A stretch of 48,204 nt of DNA from Rotaria socialis (taxonomy: Eukaryota): NCBI GenBank assembly GCA_905331295.1, contig CAJNYD010000029.1:1-48204 (forward strand), given 5' to 3'. The position numbers and the translations under genes are program-made. Each line of letters starts with the position of its first letter. Position 1 is the first letter of the stretch. The notes below the pieces were generated by a model, which ran no database searches, was not told where the DNA came from, and was given only the letters and a program-made list of their open reading frames with translations. Positions 1 through 10,571 of the stretch are shown piece after piece.

Positions 1-2
1 AT

Positions 3-215
3 TATATCGAAGAATTTCTTGTTGATACGAAAGCCTGTTCACCAAATAATCTATATCTTTCTGTTGATTATCAAGTACTAAAACGTGTGACACAACATTT
101 TACAAACAATACAATACGAAACAATTGTAAAAAACTGCGTAGCTTAGGTCTAATAGGAAAATGTCGAATTCCTAAATATGTAAAAGAATATTTTTCTCAT
201 ACAAAAATATTGTGA
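3..215 (+). CDS. 3' end of an F-box/LRR-like gene running in from the window edge
   Basis: Frame 3 reads YIEEFLVDTKACSPNNLY...KYVKEYFSHTKIL*, the same peptide as the C-terminus of the minus-strand gene at 15735-15949. I saw two synonymous differences in 215 nt. Confidence 0.85.
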   Translation, partial: YIEEFLVDTKACSPNNLYLSVDYQVLKRVTQHFTNNTIRNNCKKLRSLGLIGKCRIPKYVKEYFSHTKIL

Positions 216-887
216 ATGTTATCAATTTTTGTTTAAATAAAACATGTTCTCAGACGAAATGGATTTTTATAGGATGCTAATGTTCACATGAAAAGGAAAG
301 AGTAAAGGAGAACTGAAGTTGTGAATGCAGATCAAATGGACCTATTTTTTTGTAGGTGTAAATTCGACTATGTCTTAGATTATGCTCATCGAAGAAATAT
401 AAAATAAAGACATCGAACATTGATGTTGAATAAAAGAAAGAGAATATTCGACTAAGTATCATCATTGAGTAATATATGATGAGATAAATTTATTTTAAGG
501 AATGATAACTGTGAAAAGAAAACTTTTTCATATGATGGTAAGTTTGAGATATATAATTCTTGTTTGTGGAAAGTTGTGTTGTTGTTACTGTTCTTGTTGT
601 TCATCCTTGAAGTTTTTTTGACAATATCATTTGCTCTTCGTTTTATTTTTTGTGCTAAAAGGTTTAACATGTTGTATTCCACATCGGTACTATAAAAAGC
701 GAGAATTTAGGAATAAGTAGAGAAGCTAAAAAATTCTTAACTTACTTATTTTGATTAATAAAGTTCCTGTAATCAATCGAAAACCATTTGTAGTTTCGGT
801 CTCCATTGAACTATATTTAAAAAGAAAATTGGCAATGAATACAAACTGTTTAGTCTTACTTCGAAACGGATTCGAAAAAGTTCTTGA

Positions 888-936
888 GGGTGTGGGTGTG
901 GGTGTTATCATGTCTCTGACAGGCACACACACACCC
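888..936. repeat. Inward-facing telomere-like repeat pair with an 18-nt spacer
   Basis: gggtgtgggtgtgggtgt-tatcatgtctctgacagg-cacacacacaccc, preceded by cttga. It is the reverse complement of 7133-7186. Confidence 0.9.
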
Positions 937-943
937 TTCGTTT

Positions 944-1476
944 TCATGTATTTTCAGTAACTGTTTTCCTTTTTCGATATTCTTCAGCCAAAGACATATT
1001 TTCTGTTGCTTCATGAACTTTAGCTGTTGACTCTAGTATATCTTGCACAATTTCATCATATTGATTGTCATTCGTTAGAAATTTCTCATATATATTCAAT
1101 GATTGTTGTAGATTTGCCATGGCTTTAGTGAAGTGATTCATTTGACATTCAACAATGCCGAGTTTTCTGTATAACTGGCACAGATGTACGTGTTCATCAA
1201 CAGTTCGGTGAGCTTCATCTTTTTCATCAAGACTATGGATACCCAGTCGATAGTATTTCGATGCTGATTTTTGCTTCTTAAGATGTTTGTAGGTGTCACC
1301 TAGCGATTGGCAAATCGATGCCAATGATTTCTTTCGATGGCGCTGGATTTTAAGTGCTTTCTTGAAATGTTTCAGTGCTGCTTGATAATCACTGCTCAGA
1401 CCATAGCATGTTCCTATTTGATCATGAGAGTCATAAAGTTCATGATCATTTTTTGATAGAATTTCCGTTTGAATAT
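944..1476 (-). pseudogene. 5'-truncated duplicate of the last ~177 codons of the ART-TPR gene at 7194
   Basis: Colinear with 7194-7726 at a constant offset of 6250, with about 20 substitutions counted by eye. Homology stops at 1476, where (GGGTGT)n begins. The ORF-track N-terminus (HTHTH...) is translated repeat and MITE sequence. Confidence 0.92.
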
Positions 1477-1504
1477 GGGTGTGGGTGTGGGTGTGGTTGT
1501 GGGT
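1477..1504 (+). repeat. Telomere-like (GGGTGT)n tract capping the truncated TPR copy
   Basis: gggtgtgggtgtgggtgtggttgtgggt starts at the exact base where homology to the longer gene ends. Confidence 0.9.
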
Positions 1505-1525
1505 TTGTATTTGATGATCTCTACT

Positions 1526-2344
1526 CACTGTAAAAATATCCGCAGAATAATAAGCGGAAAATACGTTTTTGATAGGGTATTTAACAAAAAAAGGGTTGAT
1601 GAAAGTGCAACGTGTCACATACCCTTTTTTCCGTATATGACGAAGATAATAAACGGTTTTTAGGTTTATGATTTAGAAAAAGGGTTTATCAGATTTTTCA
1701 AAAACTGAAAAAGGGTATGTGACACGTTGCACTTTCATCAGAACTGACGGAAAAGGCAGAAAGGAAAAACGCCGAAAAGGAAAATGTCGAAAAAAAAAGG
1801 AAAACGTCGAAACTGGAAATTGCAGAAGGTAAAAGCATCGAAAGGAAAACGTCGAATGGAAAACGTCGAATGGAAAAAGTATAATTAATAACAGTGTCGA
1901 AGAAAAACTGCCAGAGGAAAAAAGTAGAAGAATTTTGAAAAGGAAAACGTAGAATGAAAAAGATGTCTACAGATAACGAAATTTTTTTCTTTTGATTTGG
2001 TAATCAATGCAAAGCAGTCATTGAAGGGATTAGCATTACTACTTGGATCACACAAAAAAAGAAAATAATACTGATAAACTTAGTTTTATTTTTTTTATTG
2101 TATTTTATCATATGATCGAATAAATTTTTATTTTTTGTTAAAATTATCAAAAAACGCAATTTTCGACATTTACCTTTCGACGTTTAGAATTTCTGAATTT
2201 TCCCCTTCTATGTTTTCCTTTTTTCCCGACGTTTTCCCTTTCAGCCTTTTCCACCGAACCTCTTTCATCAACCCTTCTTTTTGCTCAATACCCTATCAAA
2301 AGCGTAGTTTCCGTTTATTATTCTGCGGATTTTTTTTTACAGTG
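1526..2344. mobile_element. Non-autonomous DNA transposon with CACTG termini, containing nested foldback sequence
   Basis: Imperfect TIRs of ~75 bp (cactgtaaaaatatccgcagaataa... / ...ttattctgcggatttttttttacagtg). There is an internal inverted repeat at 1598-1630/1708-1740, and ggaaaacgtcgaa-type repeats at ~1745-1950 are mirrored at ~2160-2260. No TSD was recognised, so the superfamily (CACTA/CMC-like) is uncertain. Confidence 0.75.
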
Positions 2345-3112
2345 TGGTCTCTGTCCGGGTGAAGTTTCATCTTTTATCCCGGCCATGTGATTCTAACCAA
2401 TCTACAGTTTGTGCCTATTTAGAGAAACATGTTGCAGCATTGTTTTCTCACATTTTTAATGCTTCTTCAATACTCATACTTTTTATTTCTTTACTACAAC
2501 TGTAACTTGGGCTTACTTTACTGTACTCCTCCCTTACTTCATCTGGGCTCCGAAGTACAAAACTCTCACTTTCTTCCTCTTGGTGGGATCACTTTTTCTT
2601 TGGTCTTGGTCTCGGCCATGATATAGTTACGTTTTTGGGGTTCAGGCCTCGGCACAGGTAATTTTTTCGGTCCCGGTCCCGGTTAATCCCGATGACTGGA
2701 ATCGGCACTCATTTTGTACATCTCTATGATTTATACATATGTGTTGATTTTCTCGAATTATAAATAAATTTCTTAAGAAATAGACACTAAAAAAACATGA
2801 AACTTTTGAAAAAGTGATTCTGTCGCGAAGCTTTTCCCACTTTTGAAAGGCATACTTTTACATATTTTCAATTTTCTTTTTTTCTACAGATAGAATGTCA
2901 TCTTCACTATAAATTTCCTATTCGAAGGTTTTTCTTCACAGTTTTAGTTGAGCTAAATTTTCCAGTTCTTCGCATAGGACTCAAACGCAAAGACCATTTT
3001 GGGTGATTCCGTAACGGACCTATACTTTAATCATTAAATTCTCACGGAAGTTTCGAATCCTATGAAACTTGAATATATTCTGAAAATTTCAGCTTCATCC
3101 AATTTCATACAG

Positions 3113-3173
3113 AGTGTGGTTGTGGATATGAAGTAGTCAAAGACATCCGTAGCCACACACTTCATCCACACCC
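3113..3173. repeat. Degenerate inward-facing telomere-like pair
   Basis: gtgtggttgtggatatg ... catccgtagccacacacttcatccacaccc. Confidence 0.65.
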
Positions 3174-3421
3174 ATTTTCAATAATGGACTTTACATTTTC
3201 CTTTCTTCCTTTTTTCCTTCGTCAATATAACTTACGGTTTTTATTCGATGAGTTGCTTTTTTCTTCCGAAGCCACTATAAAGAGAAGATTTTATTATTCT
3301 ACACTCTCTACACAGCATAAACAGAACGAAAAACGATGTACTCTTTCATTTCATTTATAAACTATTCCATGTAAGCCAAGACTGACGCCGTAGGAATCCC
3401 GCTGAAACAAGGCCTTTAGAT

Positions 3422-3487
3422 TGGGTGTGGATATGTGGGAGGGCAGAAGAAACCAATATCTAAACTCACAACTACACCCACCCACAC
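3422..3487. repeat. Degenerate inward-facing telomere-like pair
   Basis: tgggtgtggatatgtggg ... ctcacaactacacccacccacac, about 100 bp past the stop of the gene at 3586. Confidence 0.65.
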
Positions 3488-3585
3488 TGTTCTTTTTTTG
3501 TATCGTACAACATATGCTTGTTCTTTTTTCAGGTGGCTTGTCGTTTACCTTCTTAAGGTATTAATCATTTTAAGGAATGGTTAGT

Positions 3586-5256
3586 TTATTCACATGAATT
3601 TTGGACAACATCAGGCTTTAAAACACATCGATAATAAACCGATCCTTTCGATGGTATCTTTTTTGGGTCTTTATAAACGTATGTGCTGTTGTCTGCGATG
3701 AACTCATGTTTAACATCGAAACCTGAATTAATGAAATCGTTAGCATCTCCTTCTATGGGAGTAAACTTGTAGGAAGCATAACGAAGAAGAACATAAGTAC
3801 TTCCTATTGTCAAATTGTTCACTGTAACAGTGCCATCCATCTCTCGCGACTTCGCATTAAGTACTGGATCTGGTTCATCTCTTGCTGATACTGCTAGGTG
3901 AACAGGAAGTGTTACGCGATCTTTATCCATCACTCCTGTTATTGCAATGCCATAATCAGTCTAAACAATTTAGAAAATAGTTAATGCTGGAGAGTATAAA
4001 TAAACGAAAAGTGAATTCTATTCCATTGTAGCACGTATTCATCGCTTTAATCTTTTGAAAACTTCCGGTGTTCTTATTCGTGATATATTTTTACTTCTCA
4101 CTGGATGAATATTTTTTAACTCTTAGAAAATTATCAGATTTGAGTGAAAATCGCGTTCTTTCATATTTATAAACGTGCTGAAGTTGTTGGTATGAGCTAC
4201 ATCGGCTAATTTTGCCTAATTTATGAGTTTGAACATTTTACTAAAGATGCCGCTAGAAAAATCATTGTAAGTTAGAAGATTAACCAAAAGAAAAATTTGT
4301 AGTGCCATCTAAAATAATGCACTAACAGAGATTTAAATCAATTTTTTGAGTAAAAAATGATTTTGTAAGAAAGACTAATATTGATTTTATCAAAAAATCT
4401 GTCGAACCGGCAGTTTTAATTAAAAAGAAGCGACATGGGTCAACTCTTGAAATGATAGATACAAACTTAGATTTTCTATATCTAAAACAGATCGATTCTT
4501 ACAATTAACGGTATACGTTCATCACGAATATGTGTGTTTGTTGACATCTCTGCCCTGGTGGATGCCATGGTTTCTTCACTTAAACATTTTTCAAATGCTC
4601 TTGATGAATAAAGGTCATAATAGATTAGTGTATCATCTGGATCATATTCATTGGGATATCTGTATCGAATACCAATTGCTGGTACGATATGATCATAATC
4701 GTCGCAATCATCATCTGGAAGAAAGATTCCAAACATGATTGGATGTTTTCGCAGAAGAGATAGTTTCATCCAACGACAAAAGTCTCGATATTGTGCCGAG
4801 TGTGAATTCTTCCAATCCCATTCATCATATTTGAAATGAAGTAAACTAATAGTACGAAGTGGATCACGTTTATCATTGGATGGCATTCGTTGCAAAAGAA
4901 ATTCACCTCTATTGAGGTCACGAATGAGACCTTGAGAAATCCAAGCACCATAGTAAAGTCCTAAATATATTCAGTAAACTGCAAATCTTCAAAGTCTTTC
5001 ATACTGTAGAAATTTTGCATGTTTCTGACTCAATTAATTTTGAACATCGGAAAGTTCACTCAACTTTTTATGTGCATATGAGATTAACTATCATAGTAAA
5101 CAATGAGAACTTACCAATACATTGAAGAGATACTTCACCACAGTAACCATTTCCATGGTCCCATTGGAATCTAGGTGATACATCAAGTAACATCGTGCAT
5201 TGAGAAGGTTTCTCATCTTGCTTGGATTGTACACATTTTTTGTTTGCTATCGACAT
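3586..5256 (-). CDS. Three-exon 324-aa protein, candidate papain-fold (peptidase C39-like) enzyme
   Basis: Exons 5256-5115, 4960-4503 and 3960-3586 join in frame through GT-AG introns (142+458+375 nt). The motifs QWDHGNGYCGEVS, DYDHIVPAIG and LIYYD have the order and spacing of a Gln/Cys-His-Asp papain-like site. The gene model is firmer than the functional call. Confidence 0.75.
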
Positions 5257-5939
5257 TACTTAAGTTGAGTGACGAGATCAATAACTGAAATGGAGAAATG
5301 TTAAACTCAGTTTCTGCCTAAAGAATATGATTAAATTTATGAATTTATGACTTGTTTCTATATTATATACAGTATATATAGATAAATATGCATTCTCAGT
5401 CGTTATGAATGATTCATATGCAAAAGTTCCTTCGTTTCGAAAAAGAAATTTTGCAAGATCTGAGAGTTCTTTTGGGCTGATTACGCTAAATTTTATCTCG
5501 GAAGATTCTCAATTCTTTTTTCTTCTCTAAATAGTCCGTAGAAAGCGATAAGCCTATGATGTCGTCAATCAAAAGAATTGCAAAAAACATTAAATCTCAA
5601 TATTTGTTGTTTCCTGTGCAAAAATGACGTGAAAACCAAAGGCAGCGTATGTAAACGTTTTGTATTGACACACGACAGCATTAGTAATGAATCATATTAC
5701 ACAAAAAGGTAGGCAAAATCCATAGTTTAGTATTACAGAAACTTTTTATGACATAATAATGTGTCATATACTTTCAACATCAAGGAAAAAAACTTACGAA
5801 AGAGTCACTTGACTCTGCTATTCAATGCACTAAAATGTGCTCGTATTTCATGTTTTCGCAAGCATCTTGATTATGTTTTTTAACCGTATGAATAGTCCGA
5901 TCAACGTATAGAAATTAGGGTGTGGGTGTGCTAGAAGCA

Positions 5940-5985
5940 ACCACAACGTGTTTTGACTATTGCTCATATAGTCTCATCAGGTGGC
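5940..5985 (-). ncRNA. Degenerate minimal type I hammerhead ribozyme (copy 1)
   Basis: Minus strand: GCCAC-CUGAUGA-GACUAU augagca AUAGUC-AAAA-CAC-GUU-GUGGU. GAAA reads AAAA and the GUC triplet reads GUU. Confidence 0.7.
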
Positions 5986-6471
5986 TTAAGTCTTTAGTTA
6001 GATTGAAATATTTTCAAAGAAAATATAAATCTATTCAAGACAATTTACTCTGTTTAGACGGAGAGTGAAATGATAGGTGCATAGTTGGATTTGTAGAAAA
6101 ATAAGAAATGTCTAGTAATGGGGAACCTGCGATTGTGTATGTAGGATACATTGACTTTCAATTATATTTGGAGCTTCAACGTGTAACAAGGTTCATAATG
6201 GAGTATGTCGTGATAATCACGATTGGAATCGATGAGCATGTATGAACTGGATGCTATTTTTCATATATCTAGAATGTAAAGGCTTGAAAGAATCATGTGT
6301 AAATGGAAATATTGTACAAGGACGATATGGAATAAGAAAGAACAATTAGAAGGAATGAGTAAAAGTGAACATTTTTGTGTTGTAGATTAGAGAAGAAGGT
6401 AGTCCAACACTGGATTTAATTTCAGTTTGGATTAGAAATGTCTCATCAGTGCTGGAATACTTTGTGGGATA

Positions 6472-6600
6472 TGGTGTCCATTAAGCGAAAATAAAAATAG
6501 CGAAAAAAAGCGCGAAAATTATAACAGCGAAAAACATTTTCAGCGAATATCTCGTCGCTCAAACTTTTTTCGCTGTTTTGCATTCGCTCAATGGACACCA
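6472..6600. mobile_element. ~129-bp MITE flanked by TA
   Basis: TIR tggtgtccatt(a/g)agcgaa at both ends, ta on both sides, internal agcgaaaa/ttttcgct repeats. It interrupts the retroelement remnant. Confidence 0.8.
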
Positions 6601-6863
6601 TATCGTATGTCGCGCTTCAGACTATGCAGTTGTTTTTCATGTGTATAATGAAGAAAGAAAACATTTGTGAATTTATTCCACTGAATTTGTTCTCGAGTTG
6701 TCGTGATCCTTGTCATTTTTTCATTGATATTGTGATCTCTAGTCGCTTCGTTTAATCCATCAGCTGCAATGCTATGTTGTGTTTCCCGTTCTTTGACGGA
6801 CAGTTGATCTAGTAATCTATTTCTCACAGTTAAAAGTTGAATCTCGTTGTCGATGAATGACAT
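6601..6863 (-). pseudogene. Possible coiled-coil ORF fragment of the retroelement, cut by the MITE
   Basis: ATG at 6863 just downstream of the hammerhead repeat. MSFIDNEIQLLTVRNRLLDQL... is charged and helical in character. The assignment rests mainly on position. Confidence 0.4.
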
Positions 6864-6937
6864 CGTAGATGTTTTTGAAATTGAGAAACCGAAGAATTTT
6901 CGAAATTGAGTGTGGGTGTGTTGGTGTGTTATAAGCA

Positions 6938-6983
6938 GCCACGACGCGTTTTGACTATTGCTCAAATAGTCTCATCAGGTGGC
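6938..6983 (-). ncRNA. Minimal type I hammerhead ribozyme motif (copy 2) with a G12A change
   Basis: Minus strand: GCCAC-CUGAUGA-GACUAUU ugagc AAUAGUC-AAAA-CGC-GUC-GUGGC. It has a 5-bp stem I, a 7-bp stem II, a palindromic ACGCGU in place of stem III, and a GUC cleavage triplet. Confidence 0.82.
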
Positions 6984-7132
6984 GTAAGTCTTTAGTTAGA
7001 TTAAAATATTTTTAAGAAAAACATGAATCTATTCAAGACAATCTACTCTGTTCAAAAATGAAATGAAGAATGGTAAACGAATCCCAAATTTTCAAGAGAA
7101 AACTGGGGGTGTGTTACAAGCAACTACGACGC

Positions 7133-7186
7133 GGTGTGAGTGTGGGTGTGCCTGTCAGTGACATGATAACACCCACACCCACACCC
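7133..7186. repeat. Inward-facing telomere-like pair, inverted relative to 888-936
   Basis: ggtgtgagtgtgggtgtg-cctgtcagtgacatgata-acacccacacccacaccc, 7 bp from the ART-TPR stop codon. Confidence 0.9.
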
Positions 7187-7193
7187 GTCGTTT

Positions 7194-10100
7194 TCATGTA
7201 TTTTCAGTAATTGTTTTCCTTTTTCGATATTCTTCAGTCAGAGACATATTTTCTGTTGTTTCATGAACTTTAGCTGTTGACTCTAGTATATCTTGCACAA
7301 TTTCATCATATTGATTGCCATTCGTTAGAAATTTCTCATATATATTCAATGATTGTTGTAGATTTGCCATGGCTTCAGTAAAGTGATTCATTTGGCATTC
7401 AACAATGCCGAGTTTTCTGTATAACTGGCACAGATCTACGTGTTCATCAACAGTTCGGTGAGCTTCATCTTTTTTATCAAGACTATGGATACCCAGTCGA
7501 TAGTATTTCGATGCTGATTTTTGCTTCTTAAGGTGTTTGTAGGTGTCACCTACTGATTGGCAAATCGATGCCAATGGTTTCTTTCGATGGCGCTGGATTT
7601 TAAGTGCTTTCTTGAAATGTTTCAGTGCTGCTTGATAATCTTTGTTCAGACCATAGCATGTTCCTATTTGATCATGGGAGTCATAAAGTTCATGATCATT
7701 TTTTGATAGAAATTTCGTTTGAATATTCAACATAGGCATAAGATATGTTAGAGCTGTTGAATAATCTTCACGATTTTCGTAAACAGAAGCAAGAAGTGAA
7801 TAAGTAAAAACTAAATCAATATCATTAGATTCAAGTTCTGTTAATTGTAAGTCCAGTGCCATTTTATAGTACTCTACTTCTTTTTCCCAGTCGACTAAAT
7901 CTTCGTAGACTGATCCAATATGTATATAAGTTTCAGCAAGCAGACGTACATTTTTAGCATTTGGTTGCTTAAAACTATCGACAGCTTTTTGAAAAAACTC
8001 CAATGCTAACTCATAACTATGCAGTCTATGATACGAACAAGCCAAATTATTGTACATTCGAGCTACTTCAGGGTGTAGAGTATCTTTCATTTTTTCAATA
8101 AACATCTCCAATGCTTTTTGCTGGTATTCAAGTGCTTTTTCTACTTGTCCCTGTTGACTAAGAATAGAACCAAGATTATGGTAGTAAGTACTGAGCGATA
8201 GATGATTTCCATCTCCATAAACCAGTTCACGTCCTAGCTGTAAGGCTTTTGCGTAGTTTACAAGGGCTTCTTCTAATTGGTCGGCTTTCATTAATGCAGT
8301 ACCAAGAGCATTGTAAGCAAAGGCTAATGCTTCATTATCAATTTTATCTGCATCAAGCAATATAGTCACTCCTTTCTTGGCATATTCGATAACTTTCATC
8401 TGGTTCTGTTCGACTGCACTCATTCTACCATAAACTTTCGCCATAACCGCCGAGTCGGGTGGTATCTGTCTTTCGAAAACGTTGAGACTTAATTGATAAT
8501 TATTTAGCGCTTTCTTTGTCTTGCCCATTCCATCATAAACATCACCTAAAATTCGATAAGCTGTTGCTGTGTCCGTATGATGGTTGGCTAGATGGCGTTT
8601 ACAAATGTGCAAAGATTTTTTCAGATTTTCTTCAGCTTTGATCAAGTCACCTAATTCTTCGTACATACCTCCTAAATTTATGTAAGATTTGGCTAATGAT
8701 GGAAAATTGAGAGGGCGTTCGCGTAGTTTCGTATCAAGTACTTTCAAACATTTCTCTAAGCCTAACTGATGCTTTCCTGATTGAAAATAGGCAATGGCTA
8801 AGCAACTCTCAGTCATTATTCTTGATGAATGATCCGGCGGGAGCGATGCTTTTTGAATTGTTAATGCTTTTTCATAATAGTTAATGGCATTCTCATGTTG
8901 GTTCTTTTCTTCGTACCATGAGCCCAAATTATGATACTTGACAGCAGTTAAAGGATGTTTCATAGTATCGCGGTTATAAGCTAGGTCTATTTTTAACGAT
9001 TTTTCACTACATTCCATTGCTTTTGAATGATCTTGCATTTCGGCATATACTAGAGCCATGTTGTTGTATGTCGCTGCTATAATTAACTGATGAGTATTTT
9101 GATGTGAAAGATCGATATCAAGTGAATGTTGAAGGCTTTCGATAGCTTCTATATATTGGCCCTGTTCCATTTGTATGACACCGATGTTGTTGTAGGTCGT
9201 GGAAAAGTCTATATAATCGTTAGGACGAGTACTTTGTTGAAGCGTCAATACTCGCTGATAGTAGTCAAGTGCTTGTTCATATTCCCCTTTTTCGCCATGG
9301 ATGTGACCAAGACAAGTGAAACAAATAATACGCCCATCATAATCGAGTTCAGACACATTTTCATCAATAAGAAATTGAAAATATCGTTGTGCTCGATTGT
9401 AATCACCTTGCATCATTAGAAATCTACCAAGAGTAGCCAATGTTGGCTTTGTGCCTATCTCACTTAGATAATGTTGTACTAAAGCATCAAAACGTTCTTC
9501 AATTTCTGTAGTCGATGTCAAATTTACAACATAGCCGACACCACAGTCTTCCACTTCGTCAATTCGAAAAACAGTACCACTCGAAAGAAGAATTTCCTTT
9601 TCTTTTGGCATTGCACTTAATGCGTCAATATTGGCAAATGGCTGTCGTGTCTGACCGATTGTCATGCGGAAAAGTACTGATTTGAGACCTGTAGGTACAT
9701 TCATATTTATTGATGCAAATCCCGCTGCAAGTGTAGCATCTTCTGATGTTGATAAAAATGTATTCATTGAGATGAAACTTTTGTTTTTATTTGCTTCAAT
9801 AATTTTCATTTCTTTCGTACTAATAATTTGACCTCGATATACTACAAGTTTGGATGAAGATGGACGCGGTAAACTAGTCAATTGTTCATGAAGCTCAGCA
9901 ATGATAAATCGAAATCGATAGATGATATCAATATCCATAGTTCGAAAAGCGCGATTCAAGCATCGATATAGAAAATTATTTGCTGTATACCATTGGATTG
10001 CTTGACCGGTAGTGTACGTTTGCTCGAATTCTGTTATACGATTTTGTTCATACATATCATCCTTATAGCGTGTGCGACAAACATCTATTAAATCTTTTTT

Positions 10101-10571
10101 AGCTCGATCATCACGATTATCACACATTGTAAGAATAATGCGCACGAGTAACTGTGACCACATAAACGATGCAGTTTCTTCACTTAGATCATGAATAGAT
10201 TTTTGATTTTCATCCGATTGAAAAATACTTATTGGAGTAAAATGAATGGAAAAAGTGGCTAGATCGGGCAATAAGCTTGAAAACAGTCTTTCTTTTTCAA
10301 CAAAGACACCTCTAATTTTGCTGTGTTTGCTAGCCCATGAGCTATGTAATGTCTCATTTTCACAGAAAACATAGATCCAAACAATGGCTTCTATTTCACG
10401 AATATGTTCCATTAGATTGACGCCTAATAAACCCGATACGATGAGAAAAATGCAAGTTGGCGTGCCTTTAAATGAACTTAAGTACTCCACACATTCGTTC
10501 AGCTTTGTAAAGATCCTTAGATGAGCTGCCAATCGACGTAGTTCAAGCTCTGTATCGATACATTGACAGTA
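7194..10571 (-). CDS. ADP-ribosyltransferase (R-S-E clade) plus long TPR array; 5' end incomplete
   Basis: Uninterrupted frame of more than 1100 codons with VYRGQ, FLSTS and KEKEILL (ExE), followed by many kinesin-light-chain-like TPRs. The frame is closed by a TGA at 10572-10574, and the first in-frame ATG is at 10412, inside the N-terminal domain. Confidence 0.9.
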   Translation of the reverse strand, partial: YCQCIDTELELRRLAAHLRIFTKLNECVEYLSSFKGTPTCIFLIVSGLLGVNLMEHIREIEAIVWIYVFCENETLHSSWASKHSKIRGVFVEKERLFSSLLPDLATFSIHFTPISIFQSDENQKSIHDLSEETASFMWSQLLVRIILTMCDNRDDRAKKDLIDVCRTRYKDDMYEQNRITEFEQTYTTGQAIQWYTANNFLYRCLNRAFRTMDIDIIYRFRFIIAELHEQLTSLPRPSSSKLVVYRGQIISTKEMKIIEANKNKSFISMNTFLSTSEDATLAAGFASINMNVPTGLKSVLFRMTIGQTRQPFANIDALSAMPKEKEILLSSGTVFRIDEVEDCGVGYVVNLTSTTEIEERFDALVQHYLSEIGTKPTLATLGRFLMMQGDYNRAQRYFQFLIDENVSELDYDGRIICFTCLGHIHGEKGEYEQALDYYQRVLTLQQSTRPNDYIDFSTTYNNIGVIQMEQGQYIEAIESLQHSLDIDLSHQNTHQLIIAATYNNMALVYAEMQDHSKAMECSEKSLKIDLAYNRDTMKHPLTAVKYHNLGSWYEEKNQHENAINYYEKALTIQKASLPPDHSSRIMTESCLAIAYFQSGKHQLGLEKCLKVLDTKLRERPLNFPSLAKSYINLGGMYEELGDLIKAEENLKKSLHICKRHLANHHTDTATAYRILGDVYDGMGKTKKALNNYQLSLNVFERQIPPDSAVMAKVYGRMSAVEQNQMKVIEYAKKGVTILLDADKIDNEALAFAYNALGTALMKADQLEEALVNYAKALQLGRELVYGDGNHLSLSTYYHNLGSILSQQGQVEKALEYQQKALEMFIEKMKDTLHPEVARMYNNLACSYHRLHSYELALEFFQKAVDSFKQPNAKNVRLLAETYIHIGSVYEDLVDWEKEVEYYKMALDLQLTELESNDIDLVFTYSLLASVYENREDYSTALTYLMPMLNIQTKFLSKNDHELYDSHDQIGTCYGLNKDYQAALKHFKKALKIQRHRKKPLASICQSVGDTYKHLKKQKSASKYYRLGIHSLDKKDEAHRTVDEHVDLCQLYRKLGIVECQMNHFTEAMANLQQSLNIYEKFLTNGNQYDEIVQDILESTAKVHETTENMSLTEEYRKRKTITENT

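Larger units (their letters stand above)
5916..7132 (-). mobile_element. Athena/Terminon-like (telomere-associated Penelope-like) retroelement remnant
   Basis: Two ~140-bp direct repeats (5916-6054, 6908-7052) and a third 28-bp stub (7105-7132). On the minus strand each full repeat holds a hammerhead motif and ends in (ACACCC)-type repeats. A short helical ORF lies between them. No RT sequence was recognised. Confidence 0.75.

Noticed and set aside
726..1663. ORFs with HTHTH, PTPTP or GVGVG runs (also at 13096, 27117, 30482, 43874)
   Set aside because: These are translations of the GGGTGT/ACACCC tracts, not protein motifs.
1745..1960. Repeated ggaaaacgtcgaa units that look like a CRISPR array
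   Set aside because: There are no unique spacers of constant length, the units are mirrored at 2160-2260 as in a foldback transposon, and the context is eukaryotic.
3372..3420. Hammerhead-like string ctgacgc...gaaac on the + strand
   Set aside because: The core deviates from CUGAnGA, the stems pair poorly and there is no NUH triplet. At most it is a very old relic.
9126..9419. Antisense ORFs inside long genes (also 29577-30317, 33804-34052)
   Set aside because: They are shadows of the real coding strand, with no independent signals.
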